Shown piece after piece: positions 18,141-27,210 of a DNA stretch of 64,000 nucleotides (positions are counted from its first letter, which is position 1; every line of letters starts with the position of its first letter). Under the pieces are notes generated by a model, which saw only the letters and a list, made by a program, of their open reading frames with translations, was not told the DNA's origin and ran no database searches. The DNA is taken from positions 475,650 through 539,649 of the forward strand of contig JBGASD010000004.1 of NCBI GenBank assembly GCA_044229885.1, given 5' to 3'. The DNA comes from Bacteroidia bacterium. Its GTDB lineage: Bacteria; Bacteroidota; Bacteroidia; B-17B0; Aurantibacillaceae. Made by a program: the position numbers and the translations under genes.

Positions 18141-18569
18141 TTATATTGTAGTAAGAAAGGTTGTGAGGTGCTTCTCTATACTCTTTGTATCAGAGCTCAA
18201 ATAATAATTCCTTAAAATATTTCTGCTATGAACTAAAACATATTTTATCTTAATATTTTTTACACTTGCGCTTACATTACTTGCTGTAAATTCTTTAACG
18301 CATTTAATTTCTTTTCCTTTTAATTTTCCGTACAAATAAATGCACGATTTTCCGGTACTAAAATCACAAACAAATATTTTAAGACGACCTTCATCCAGCG
18401 ATATGTTTTTATATTTCAATTCAAGCTTTCCGTTATTTTCAGAAATAAGAGTATCGCTATTTTCAACAAAGGTCTCTCTAATTTCCGGTGGTGATAATAC
18501 AAGGTCTAATTCATAATCCACAAAGCTTAATAATTTGCCATCTATTACAGACAGTTCAATAGTTCTCAT
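18141..18569 (-). CDS. Hypothetical protein
   Basis: 142-aa ORF with no motif recognised. Confidence 0.35.
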   Translation of the reverse strand: MRTIELSVIDGKLLSFVDYELDLVLSPPEIRETFVENSDTLISENNGKLELKYKNISLDEGRLKIFVCDFSTGKSCIYLYGKLKGKEIKCVKEFTASNVSASVKNIKIKYVLVHSRNILRNYYLSSDTKSIEKHLTTFLTTI

Positions 18570-18750
18570 ATTATTACTTCCATAAAATACATCTTAGGTA
18601 CCTCAAAATTCATTCCAGTCCCAAATTTTCAGTGTTTTCAGTGATATTTTGACCTTAAATAAGCTGATATTGGGTAAAAAAGACGCGTTTTGGGGAATTT
18701 TTAACCGTTTTATACTATTTACGTCTTTTTTAAAAATAATTAAGGCGGCC

Positions 18751-18786
18751 TGTAACTTTTTTAAAGTAAGCAGCGTCTTACTCTTA
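18751..18786 (+). promoter_or_regulatory. ECF-type promoter P2: TGTAACTTT then CGTCTTACTCTTA, upstream of the DUF2807/beta-barrel gene
   Basis: AAC ends at 18756 and CGTC starts at 18774, a 17-nt spacer. The blocks are identical to P1 at 15599-15633. P2 ends 53 nt upstream of the ATG at 18840. Confidence 0.6.
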
Positions 18787-18839
18787 AAATAACAACAAAG
18801 CGCTTTTAAACATTAAACATAAATATTAAAAAATAAACC

Positions 18840-20327
18840 ATGAATACTAAATTTTTATCCATCGCACTTATTACTTCGGTAATTACAATTAAGGCTCAGC
18901 AAATTCAAAACAGGCCAGCTTCGGCTTTTAATAAGATCGAAACTTCAGGCTCGGTAAATGTTATCTATACAAATTCCGATAGCTTATCACTTTCTGTTTC
19001 GGCTTCTGAAAAAGAAATTGAAAAAGTTGAAACAAAATTTGAAGGTTCAACTTTGGTGATCACAAATAAAGGCAACTTTTCAATGCCGGTTAATGTGTAT
19101 GTAAAAAACAATACGCTTATTGATGTACAAAGTAGTGGAGCATCTTCATTCAGAACCACTAATCTTATTAAGCCCGATTCTTTAAGTTTAAACGTATCAG
19201 GTTCGGCGGATGTAAATATTAAAACAGAAGGCCGCTCAATTAAAACTATTCAAAACGGCGCAAGCGAATTAAAATTATCGGGTAGCGCTACCAATTTATT
19301 TTCTGAGCTTTCGGGAGCGGCTACTTTAAAGGCATACGATCTTACGGTTGATAAAGCAAATGTTGCAACAACAGGCGCATCAACAGCAAAACTATTTGTA
19401 AATGATAAACTAATTGCCAATGCAAGCGGTGCCAGCAGTATTAAAATTAAAGGCAATGCAAAAGATATAAGTGCAGAAGCCACTACAGCAGCAAGCATTA
19501 CCAAAATTGATGAGCAGGTAAAAAAAGTGGTTGGTAAATCGGGTAAAGATTCAACTATATACACCTGGAAAGGCAAACGCATAATTATTATTGATAAAGA
19601 AAAAGGAAATGATACTATTACCATTGGTGGCAGTCACAAACATCATAAGTACGGTTATTCTAACGAAGATTTCAGACATTGGGCCGGTTTTTCAATGGGT
19701 GTTAACGGTTATATGGGCGCAAATGGTATAACAATGCCAAAGGCTACAAATTATATGGATCTTGATTATGGCCGTAGCTTTAATTTTCAATTCAATCTTA
19801 TTGAGCGTCATCTTAATCTTTACAAACACAAAGTTAAATTGGTTACAGGTTTTGGATTTGATTATCATTCTTATGCATTTAACCGCCACACCAATTTAAA
19901 TGCAGACCCTCAGCCCAACTTTACCTTTCCGTCGGATAGTTTGCCTTTTGCAACAGTTGATTCAAGCAATACTTACTCTTACATAAAAAATAAATTCAGA
20001 ACAACATATATACAGGTGCCATTGTTATTAGAATTCAATAGCAGTAATAACCCTAACAAATCATTTCACATTGCTTTTGGTGTTATAGCTCAATACCTTA
20101 TTTCATCTCGTACAAAACAATATTTAGAACAGGATAATTTCAGATTTACAAAATCAAGAAAAGATAGTTATGATTTAAACCCCTTTTCTGCCAAAGCGCA
20201 TGTAAATTTAGGTTACAAGGGTTTTACAGTGTTTGGCGAGTATAACCTAACACCTTTGTTTCAATCGGGTAAGGGTCCTGAACTATATCCCTTTACAGTA
20301 GGTATAAGATTAGTACCATTTAGCTAA
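18840..20327 (+). CDS. Secreted DUF2807 (GIN-type adhesin-head-like) domain fused to an outer-membrane beta-barrel domain
   Basis: 495 aa with a signal peptide. The N-terminal half has repetitive beta-strand units (SGSVNVIY, SGSADVNIK, SGAATLKAY, TGASTAKLF, SGASSIKIK). The C-terminal half has alternating-hydrophobic strands and ends in an aromatic residue (RLVPFS). Confidence 0.6.
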   Translation: MNTKFLSIALITSVITIKAQQIQNRPASAFNKIETSGSVNVIYTNSDSLSLSVSASEKEIEKVETKFEGSTLVITNKGNFSMPVNVYVKNNTLIDVQSSGASSFRTTNLIKPDSLSLNVSGSADVNIKTEGRSIKTIQNGASELKLSGSATNLFSELSGAATLKAYDLTVDKANVATTGASTAKLFVNDKLIANASGASSIKIKGNAKDISAEATTAASITKIDEQVKKVVGKSGKDSTIYTWKGKRIIIIDKEKGNDTITIGGSHKHHKYGYSNEDFRHWAGFSMGVNGYMGANGITMPKATNYMDLDYGRSFNFQFNLIERHLNLYKHKVKLVTGFGFDYHSYAFNRHTNLNADPQPNFTFPSDSLPFATVDSSNTYSYIKNKFRTTYIQVPLLLEFNSSNNPNKSFHIAFGVIAQYLISSRTKQYLEQDNFRFTKSRKDSYDLNPFSAKAHVNLGYKGFTVFGEYNLTPLFQSGKGPELYPFTVGIRLVPFS

Positions 20328-20348
20328 AAGGGTTGTTTAAATAAAAAC

Positions 20349-20380
20349 AAAAAAGCCTGCTAAATTTTAGCAGGCTTTTT
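20349..20380. terminator. Bidirectional rho-independent terminator
   Basis: Stem GCCTGCT (20355-20361) pairs with AGCAGGC (20369-20375) around a 7-nt loop. It is flanked by an A6 run and a T5 run and lies between convergent genes. Confidence 0.8.
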
Positions 20381-20382
20381 AA

Positions 20383-23007
20383 TTACCTAAGCACCTGTAT
20401 ATGCCCGGTTAAAGAATGATTTTTATTTTTAAGATCATTAAATTCTGCTTTCCAAACATAAATATCATCTTGTACAGGTAAGCCTCTGAATGTTCCGTTC
20501 CAACCATAGGTTATTTCTGAAGAATTAAAAATTTCTTCTCCCCATCTGTCAAACACAGTGATCTTAAAATCTTTTATGTTTGTACCGTAGGCATAAAAAA
20601 TATCATTTAATTTATCATCATCCGGCGAGAATGTATTGGGAACGTAAAAGGTCCAGCCTGCGTCCACATCTATCTTTTTACACAAAGTATCGGTACACCC
20701 CATATAATTGATAGCAGCAAGACAAACAGTATAACTTCCTACTTGCTCATAAGTATGTGTTGGTTCAAACTCTGTTGAAGAATTGCCATCATAAAAATCC
20801 CAAAAAAATGTTTGTGCGTTTTTTGAGAGATTAATAAAATTCGCATTATAAGTAAGTACAGGGTTTGTAAAATCAAAATCAGCAATAACCGAATTAAATT
20901 TTACTTCAATTACTTTTTTTATTGTATTTAAGCAGGGCATATTTGGAGAGCTTATTAAACTAACCGTGTAAATGCCTTGCGCCTGATAATAATGAACAGG
21001 ATCGTTATCGTACGAGCCGCTATTATCCCCAAAAGACCAATAAGCACCATTGCCATTAATGGATGTGTTTTGAAAAACAACCCTGCCGTCACAAGGCGAT
21101 AATGAATAAGTGAATTGAGCAATTGGTCCGTTATTAATTGTTACAGGTTTTGTAATAGAAGCGCTACATGTTAAACCTGCATTTATGATCAATGTAATGG
21201 AATAATTACCGGTATTTAAATAGGTGTGTGTAGGACTGCTACTTGTTGAGATGCCACCATCACCAAATTGCCAGTCGTATGTTACAGCATATGAAGAGGT
21301 ATTGCTAACGGTTACCTGTTTTAAACACGGATCGGAAATAATATTAAATCCCGCAGTAATGTTTTTAATTACAGAAACTGTTTGTTGGGTAGAATCTTTG
21401 CAGCCTGATGCATTAGAAACCACAAGCCAGATATTGAATGTGCCTGATGTAGAATAGGTGTGACTTGCAGGATTTTGCATTACAGAAGTACTGCCATCGC
21501 CAAAACGCCAGAGGTAAGAAACGCCGCCAACAGAATTATTTATAAGAATTACAGTTGTATCACAGCTATTCAATTGTGCGGTAAAATTACTGTTTACTAT
21601 TGCGCCTACAGTAATTGTTTTTTGAATTGTATCGTGGCAACCATTGTTGCTGTTTGCGATTAAAGAAATGCTATAAGTTCCGGGCGATGAATAAGTGTGT
21701 TGAGGTTGAAAACCTGTTGAAGTTGTATTATCACCAAAATTCCAATTGTAACTGCCGGCGCCATTAGAAGTATTATTTAAAGTAAAGCTTCCACTGCAAT
21801 TGTTTTGATTAAAATTAAAGTTTGAAGTAACAGGATCAATATTGATAGCTGTTGTTAGAGTGGAAGCACAACCACCATTATCTTTTACCGATAATGTATA
21901 TACCGTTGTTGAAGAATGCGAAACGTTTATTACCGGTGTGTTTAAATTACCGGGCATCCAGGTATAACTATATGCCGGAGATCCACCCGATACGGTTGCA
22001 GATAACTGAGCCGGTGTATTTTTACAAACTATTGGTGAATTTACACTTGCATTTAATGAGGTTGATTGAGTTACGGTAAACTGTGTGGAAGCAGTTGTAG
22101 CATTACAGCCACTACCGGTACCGGCTGTAACAGTGTAAACCCCGGCTGTCAATCCACTGGCAGTGGCAGTGGTAAAATTTCCGGGCGTCCAGGTGTAAGT
22201 AAGATTTAAAGTAGGATTTGATGCTGTAATAGTTGCCGAAGAGGTGCCACCGCATATGGCAGATTGAGCTACATTAGACGCAATGGTAAAAGTATTTGTG
22301 TTTGCCGCGGGGCCAATAAGGTCAATATTATCAATAAAATAATTTGCATACGAAGATGCCGGACCACCGGGATTTGGAAAAGAAAGTGTTGGATTGTTAT
22401 TGGCATCCGGCCTGAAACAACCGATCGTGATCTGACTCCATGCAGTGGTGGCAGTAATCGCAAAGGTATATTGAGTCCAGCTGGTAGATACCACGTTAGT
22501 TGTAATTTCGCATTGCGGGATAACATTTATTAAATTCCAACCTGTTTGTGTTAATGGTGCAGTTGAAAAATGTGCACCAATATTTTTGATCGTCCAGGGC
22601 GACTTAATACCTGTGCCGTTGGATAACCAAAAAGATAAGGTGTAAGTGCTGCCAACCTGCATTGGGCATGCTAATTGGGTTGATAAATATTCGCGGTATT
22701 GAGGAAATGGAACATTATACATTACTAATCCCATCATGGCATTACCAGATTGAGTTGTGCAGGTACCCGAAAATGTAGCGGGAGGCGCTGTATTGCCGGT
22801 GCCGCAGGTATGAAAATAATCGGGTGTGCCCCAGGCTCCTGCGCCAGGATTCATGTTTACATTGTTCCAGTTATTGCAAAACTGCCATTGGCCACCAAAA
22901 GTAGGGCAGCCATTACTTGACTCAAATCCGGGATTAGATATAAGATTGATCTGACCAGAACTATAAAAAAAAGAAAGAAGAAAAGTTATTTGCAAGTATT
23001 TAAACAC
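20383..23007 (-). CDS. T9SS cargo: large cell-surface protein with PKD repeats and a type B (gliding-motility-associated) C-terminal sorting domain
   Basis: 874 aa with a signal peptide. Five modules carry W-x-FGD(G/N) ... HTY..G.Y signatures. The C-terminus reads YVPNTFSPDDDKLNDIF...VFDRWGEEIF...GWNGTFRG...DIYVWKAEF. Confidence 0.8.
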   Translation of the reverse strand: MFKYLQITFLLSFFYSSGQINLISNPGFESSNGCPTFGGQWQFCNNWNNVNMNPGAGAWGTPDYFHTCGTGNTAPPATFSGTCTTQSGNAMMGLVMYNVPFPQYREYLSTQLACPMQVGSTYTLSFWLSNGTGIKSPWTIKNIGAHFSTAPLTQTGWNLINVIPQCEITTNVVSTSWTQYTFAITATTAWSQITIGCFRPDANNNPTLSFPNPGGPASSYANYFIDNIDLIGPAANTNTFTIASNVAQSAICGGTSSATITASNPTLNLTYTWTPGNFTTATASGLTAGVYTVTAGTGSGCNATTASTQFTVTQSTSLNASVNSPIVCKNTPAQLSATVSGGSPAYSYTWMPGNLNTPVINVSHSSTTVYTLSVKDNGGCASTLTTAINIDPVTSNFNFNQNNCSGSFTLNNTSNGAGSYNWNFGDNTTSTGFQPQHTYSSPGTYSISLIANSNNGCHDTIQKTITVGAIVNSNFTAQLNSCDTTVILINNSVGGVSYLWRFGDGSTSVMQNPASHTYSTSGTFNIWLVVSNASGCKDSTQQTVSVIKNITAGFNIISDPCLKQVTVSNTSSYAVTYDWQFGDGGISTSSSPTHTYLNTGNYSITLIINAGLTCSASITKPVTINNGPIAQFTYSLSPCDGRVVFQNTSINGNGAYWSFGDNSGSYDNDPVHYYQAQGIYTVSLISSPNMPCLNTIKKVIEVKFNSVIADFDFTNPVLTYNANFINLSKNAQTFFWDFYDGNSSTEFEPTHTYEQVGSYTVCLAAINYMGCTDTLCKKIDVDAGWTFYVPNTFSPDDDKLNDIFYAYGTNIKDFKITVFDRWGEEIFNSSEITYGWNGTFRGLPVQDDIYVWKAEFNDLKNKNHSLTGHIQVLR

Positions 23008-23054
23008 AGTATAAAAATAAGTATTTTAGACGAATTATTTTTACCAATTAAAAG

Positions 23055-24062
23055 ATGAATTTATCTAAATATTTAGCAAGAACCTTCGTTTTTCCGGCTT
23101 TTGTTTTTTTTAAATATGATAAATTTTTATTGAGTAAAAGCTCAAAAACATGCTGTGTTATCAATTTTCACGGGGTAAGAAGATCGGATGTTGGAGTGTT
23201 TAATAACAGGCATATGCCGGTAAAAGATTTTGAAGAAGTAATAATCTACCTTAAAAAAAATTACAATGTTGTGTCTCTTAAAGAAATGTTTGAGATCCAT
23301 CGCACAAACAAAAAGCTCAATAAAAAAACGGTAGCATTAACTTTTGATGACGGTTATTTAAATAATTTTGAAGTTGCTTTGCCTGTGCTTAAAGCGCAAA
23401 ATGTTCCGGCTACATTTTATCTTATTTCAAAAGGTTTATCAGAGAACGATTTTTTTTTATGGCCCGATGCAATTGATCTTGTGAAAAAATATTATAAAAA
23501 AGATATACGGATAAAAGATCTTTTATTTAAAGCGCCCGCTTTTTATAATGATGAACTTAAATTGGATCTGTTAGCTTACCTCAAAACATGTGGTAAAGAA
23601 ACAGTAGACCTTGTAAATGATCTTTTAAAAGCCCATCCGGATATCCAACTAAAAATGAGGGAACTTTCAGAATTTACAAAGCTTGTTAATTCGAGCGAAA
23701 TAAGTCACTATAAAAATGAGGCTTTACTTGAGTTTGGCTCACATACCCATTCTCATTTTAATTTAGAATTTTTGAATAACAACGAAGCTGAAGCTGAACT
23801 AAAAACATCTAAGCTTATTATAGAAGAAAAAACGGGGAAAACAGTTGTTTCAATTGCATTTCCGGATGGTAGTTATAATAATGAGACCTTAAAGATCTCA
23901 ACACAGCAAGGGTATAACAATATGGTTGTTGTTGATTATAAATTTAACGAGAATAATCAAAATAAGAACATGTTATCCCGGTTCACAATAAGTAATTCTA
24001 CAACTCCCGAATCAAATGCTGTTAGATTGGCAAAACAATTTGATAAATACGGGTTTAATTAA
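23055..24062 (+). CDS. Polysaccharide deacetylase (NodB-type) family protein
   Basis: 335 aa. VALTFDDGYLNNFEVALPVLKAQNVPATFYL is NodB motif 1 and FGSHTHSH is a His motif. Confidence 0.8.
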   Translation: MNLSKYLARTFVFPAFVFFKYDKFLLSKSSKTCCVINFHGVRRSDVGVFNNRHMPVKDFEEVIIYLKKNYNVVSLKEMFEIHRTNKKLNKKTVALTFDDGYLNNFEVALPVLKAQNVPATFYLISKGLSENDFFLWPDAIDLVKKYYKKDIRIKDLLFKAPAFYNDELKLDLLAYLKTCGKETVDLVNDLLKAHPDIQLKMRELSEFTKLVNSSEISHYKNEALLEFGSHTHSHFNLEFLNNNEAEAELKTSKLIIEEKTGKTVVSIAFPDGSYNNETLKISTQQGYNNMVVVDYKFNENNQNKNMLSRFTISNSTTPESNAVRLAKQFDKYGFN

Positions 24063-24143
24063 AATTCTCAAAATCAAGCGCCAGTGGATTTATCCAAAGC
24101 CTTTAACCTGTATTTTATGTCACTAAAATGCCAACAAAATTTT

Positions 24144-24151
24144 TATCTTTG
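24144..24151 (+). promoter_or_regulatory. -7 box TATCTTTG (TAnnTTTG) upstream of the acyltransferase gene
   Basis: Exact consensus match, 11 nt upstream of the ATG at 24163. This argues against the TTG at 24154 as the start. Confidence 0.4.
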
Positions 24152-24162
24152 CGTTGTGTTTT

Positions 24163-25014
24163 ATGGAAACTAAGAAGTTTATAGATGTTGAGAAAGTTCT
24201 TAAGGAAAAAGCCTATAAATTATACAGGTGGTTGCCGCGTTTTGCCATTAACTGGCTTAAGAGAAAACTTCATGAGAATGAGATAAACGATGCCATGATC
24301 AAATTAAAAGATGATCACGCACTTGATTTCAATAGAAAAGCCCTTGATATTTTAGGGGCAAAGCTCGAATCAGTTAACCAGCACTTAATTCCTAAAACCG
24401 GTAAAGTAACCATCGCATCAAACCATCCCCTTGGCGGCCTGGATGGCATGTCGCTTATAAAATCAGTAGGCGAAGTAAGACCCGATGTGCGTTTTTTTGT
24501 AAATGATATTTTAAAGAATTTAAAAAATTATGGCGATGTATTTGTTGCCGTAAATAAAGTTGGGGCCGCATCGGCAGGATCTTTACGTGTAATGGAAGAA
24601 ACCTTCAGGCAGGAAAATGCAGTACTGATCTTTCCTTCAGGGCTTGTATCACGCAAAAATAAAGGCCTTGTGCGCGATCTTAAATGGCGCAAGAGCTTTG
24701 TTACACAATCTATTGATCATAAACGTTTAATTCAACCTGTTTTTATTGAAGGTGAGAATTCTAAATTCTTTTATGGTTTTGCACGCTGGCGCAAACGTTT
24801 AGGCATTAAAGCAAACATTGAAATGCTTTTTTTGCCTGACGAAATGTTTATGGCCAATAAAAAAACTATTCGCATACATTACAGCAAGCCTTTTGACGCT
24901 AAGATCCTTGATAGCAGTAAAACCCATGGTCAATGGTCAGAACTGATTTACAAGTTCATTTACTCGCCAGAGTTTATGAAAGGCATTTCGTTTGAGGAAT
25001 ATATTAAGCTTTAA
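24163..25014 (+). CDS. Lysophospholipid/glycerol acyltransferase-like protein
   Basis: The ORF opens at the TTG at 24154, but the ATG at 24163 (METKKF) is preferred. SNHPLGGLDG replaces the classic HX4D block, as in Bacteroidota lipid O-acyltransferase-like proteins (from memory). PSGLVSRK is block III-like. Confidence 0.6.
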   Translation: METKKFIDVEKVLKEKAYKLYRWLPRFAINWLKRKLHENEINDAMIKLKDDHALDFNRKALDILGAKLESVNQHLIPKTGKVTIASNHPLGGLDGMSLIKSVGEVRPDVRFFVNDILKNLKNYGDVFVAVNKVGAASAGSLRVMEETFRQENAVLIFPSGLVSRKNKGLVRDLKWRKSFVTQSIDHKRLIQPVFIEGENSKFFYGFARWRKRLGIKANIEMLFLPDEMFMANKKTIRIHYSKPFDAKILDSSKTHGQWSELIYKFIYSPEFMKGISFEEYIKL

Positions 25015-25110
25015 CCCTTATTAGTGTTGTTTTTATACGTTAAAACACTGGTTTTTAATATAAAGAGGCGATTAAACGCATTTTCTTGTAAAAGGGCTTC
25101 TTATTTAGCT

Positions 25111-25118
25111 TATTTTTG
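25111..25118 (+). promoter_or_regulatory. -7 box TATTTTTG upstream of the 99-aa gene
   Basis: Exact TAnnTTTG match, 11 nt upstream of the ATG at 25130. Confidence 0.4.
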
Positions 25119-25129
25119 TAATACCTATT

Positions 25130-25429
25130 ATGAAAGACGTTTTTTTGGTACATATTACTTTACCTGAAGTGTTTACTCCAAAGTTTTGGGACCTTATTCC
25201 AAAACAAACACAACGTATTAATGATCTTTTAGAAAAGCGTGTGATCTTAAATTACTCTTTAGATATGGAACGTAAGAACGTTTGGGTATTTATTGAAGCT
25301 AAAGATGAGAGCACTGTGATGGATATTTTAAGTACTTTTCCCATCATTAAAGACGTGAAATTAAACATTCATGAGCTGGCATTTTACGATGCCGCACCAA
25401 TTGGCCTTCCTGAGCTTATCATGAACTGA
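25130..25429 (+). CDS. Small ferredoxin-fold protein, muconolactone-isomerase-like
   Basis: 99 aa. The pattern MKDVFLVHITLPEVF...NVWVFIEAKDESTVMDILSTFPI resembles the MIase-like superfamily. Weak assignment. Confidence 0.4.
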   Translation: MKDVFLVHITLPEVFTPKFWDLIPKQTQRINDLLEKRVILNYSLDMERKNVWVFIEAKDESTVMDILSTFPIIKDVKLNIHELAFYDAAPIGLPELIMN

Positions 25430-25494
25430 TCAAAAGAGGTTACTGTTTTTCGTTTAGAATAATAGTGCAATACCCTGCCTCATTACAAAATACT

Positions 25495-25502
25495 TATATT
25501 TG
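25495..25502 (+). promoter_or_regulatory. -7 box TATATTTG upstream of the ATP-grasp/PTP fusion gene
   Basis: Exact TAnnTTTG match, 68 nt upstream of the ATG at 25571. Confidence 0.3.
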
Positions 25503-25570
25503 TATCATGCAGCGCATTCCTTTCACAATAACTTTATTAGTAAAATTTTAGGCTTAAAAATTTAAATTCA

Positions 25571-27205
25571 ATGAAAAGCCAAATAAAGTTATTACTCGTT
25601 GGAGCTTCCAATAAATCAACCAGGTCTATTGCCCGCTCGCTGCAAAAACAGGGTTGCGAAACTTATGTTTTAAATGACGAAGATCTTGCAGTAAGTAAAA
25701 GCAAATACATTAAAGAATACATTTTAAAACCACAAATAAAAAACAATATTACGGTTTACAAAACCGAGATCATTAATACGGTTAGTAAATATGGTATTAA
25801 TGTTATTATTCCCAATACCGATCTTGCTATTGATGTGATACTTCGTTTTAGAAATGAAATTGAGGCTTTAGTGCCTGTTTTAGGGTTAAATGCACCGGAA
25901 GTTTATAAATATGCACATAACAAATACGAGCTTTTAAAAAAGGCCGCTGCATTAGATATAAAAACGCCTGTCCATCTTTACATAGATTCACTAAATAATT
26001 TGCCCGATCTTAATACGCTAAAGTTTCCTGTGGTAGTTAAACCGGTATCATCGGCAAAGATCTCTAATGAAAATCATTTTGGATACAAAGTTTCTTTTCC
26101 AAAAAATAAAGAAGAGCTTATTGATATTTTAAGGGAGCTTATACCAAATACGCCTGTAATGGTGCAGGAATATATTGAAGGTTATGGCATTGGTTATAAT
26201 ATTTATGCTATAAACGGAGAAATAAAAAGCGAATATATTCACAAGCGATTAAAAGAAAATGCCGGTGTATCAAGCTATCGTAAGGTGGTGCCTTTAGATA
26301 CGTATCCTGTAAAAGAAAAGGTACATACCCTGATAAAAGAAATTGGCTGGAATGGTGTGGGAATGGTCGAATTCCGGATCGATAAAAACAATGTACCTTA
26401 TTTGATGGAAATGAATGGACGTTTTTTTGGATCTACCGAAGTAGGCGTAAAGGCCGGGTATGATTTTCCTTTATTTCTTTTCACACATCAATATCTTAAT
26501 GCTCCAAAAATAATTAACAACACAGGTAAGTATTATTCACTTAGAATGCTTCACGATGAGGTATTGCTTGAGCTTGCAAACCTGGTGCAGACAAAAAACA
26601 TAGTTGTATTTTTTAAATGGTTCTTTTCTTTGTTTAATCTTATACTACCCGGCAATTTTTTAGAAGATAATTTTTTTAACGATCCAAAATTTGTAAGCCA
26701 GCTTTATAAATACGACCTTAAAAGGATAAAAGAAAAGAAGAAAAAAAGAAACGCTTTAAATGCTGTTTCTTTAAAACGCATAGAAAAAGCAGATTGGCAA
26801 AAACTCACAAATATTGCTTTTGTATGTAAAGGCAATATTTGCCGCAGCCCTTTTGCAGCTGTATATGCAAAAAAATGTTTTCCTGATAAAAAAATCATTT
26901 CATTAGGCACTGTAAAACTAACCAACCGTTTTAGTCCGGTTGAGGCTGTAAATAGCGCTAAAAAACTGGGTGTTGAACTTTCATTGCACCAGTCAAAAAA
27001 CATTACAGATTTTGATCTAAGTGCTATTGACGGATTTATTGTAATGGACAAATTAAATTATTCAGAACTTTTAGAATTAGGCATTCATCCATCAAAATTA
27101 TGGTTTCTTGCAGGCGAAGAGCTGCCTGACCCTTACAGAATGGGTGAGCAGGCCTTTGATAAGGTATATACAGAAATAAAAAAACATCTTGATAATTTAA
27201 ATTAG
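25571..27205 (+). CDS. Fusion protein: N-terminal ATP-grasp ligase domain plus C-terminal low-molecular-weight phosphotyrosine phosphatase domain
   Basis: 544 aa. ATP-grasp motifs are FPVVVKPVSS, VMVQEYIEGYGIGYN and GVGMVEFRIDKNNVPYLMEMNGRFFGS. The LMW-PTP P-loop CKGNICRS (C-X5-R-S) is at nt 26825-26848, and a D-loop PDPY lies near the C-terminus. Confidence 0.75.
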   Translation: MKSQIKLLLVGASNKSTRSIARSLQKQGCETYVLNDEDLAVSKSKYIKEYILKPQIKNNITVYKTEIINTVSKYGINVIIPNTDLAIDVILRFRNEIEALVPVLGLNAPEVYKYAHNKYELLKKAAALDIKTPVHLYIDSLNNLPDLNTLKFPVVVKPVSSAKISNENHFGYKVSFPKNKEELIDILRELIPNTPVMVQEYIEGYGIGYNIYAINGEIKSEYIHKRLKENAGVSSYRKVVPLDTYPVKEKVHTLIKEIGWNGVGMVEFRIDKNNVPYLMEMNGRFFGSTEVGVKAGYDFPLFLFTHQYLNAPKIINNTGKYYSLRMLHDEVLLELANLVQTKNIVVFFKWFFSLFNLILPGNFLEDNFFNDPKFVSQLYKYDLKRIKEKKKKRNALNAVSLKRIEKADWQKLTNIAFVCKGNICRSPFAAVYAKKCFPDKKIISLGTVKLTNRFSPVEAVNSAKKLGVELSLHQSKNITDFDLSAIDGFIVMDKLNYSELLELGIHPSKLWFLAGEELPDPYRMGEQAFDKVYTEIKKHLDNLN

Positions 27206-27210
27206 TATTT

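Noticed and set aside
18676-18731. Long-range inverted repeat AAAAAAGACG ... CGTCTTTTTT with a 36-nt loop in the 18570-18839 intergenic region
   Set aside because: It is mostly an A-run pairing with a T-run, with only a 4-bp GACG/CGTC core, and the loop is too large for a terminator. The right arm is better explained as part of a possible second ECF -10 element.
22264-22533. Mirror-image ORF pair (22264-22533 plus strand, 22269-22526 minus strand) inside the large adhesin gene
   Set aside because: Both are alternative frames of the well-supported 874-aa PKD/T9SS CDS and have Arg/Cys-rich nonsense-like translations. I regard them as frame artefacts, not overlapping genes.
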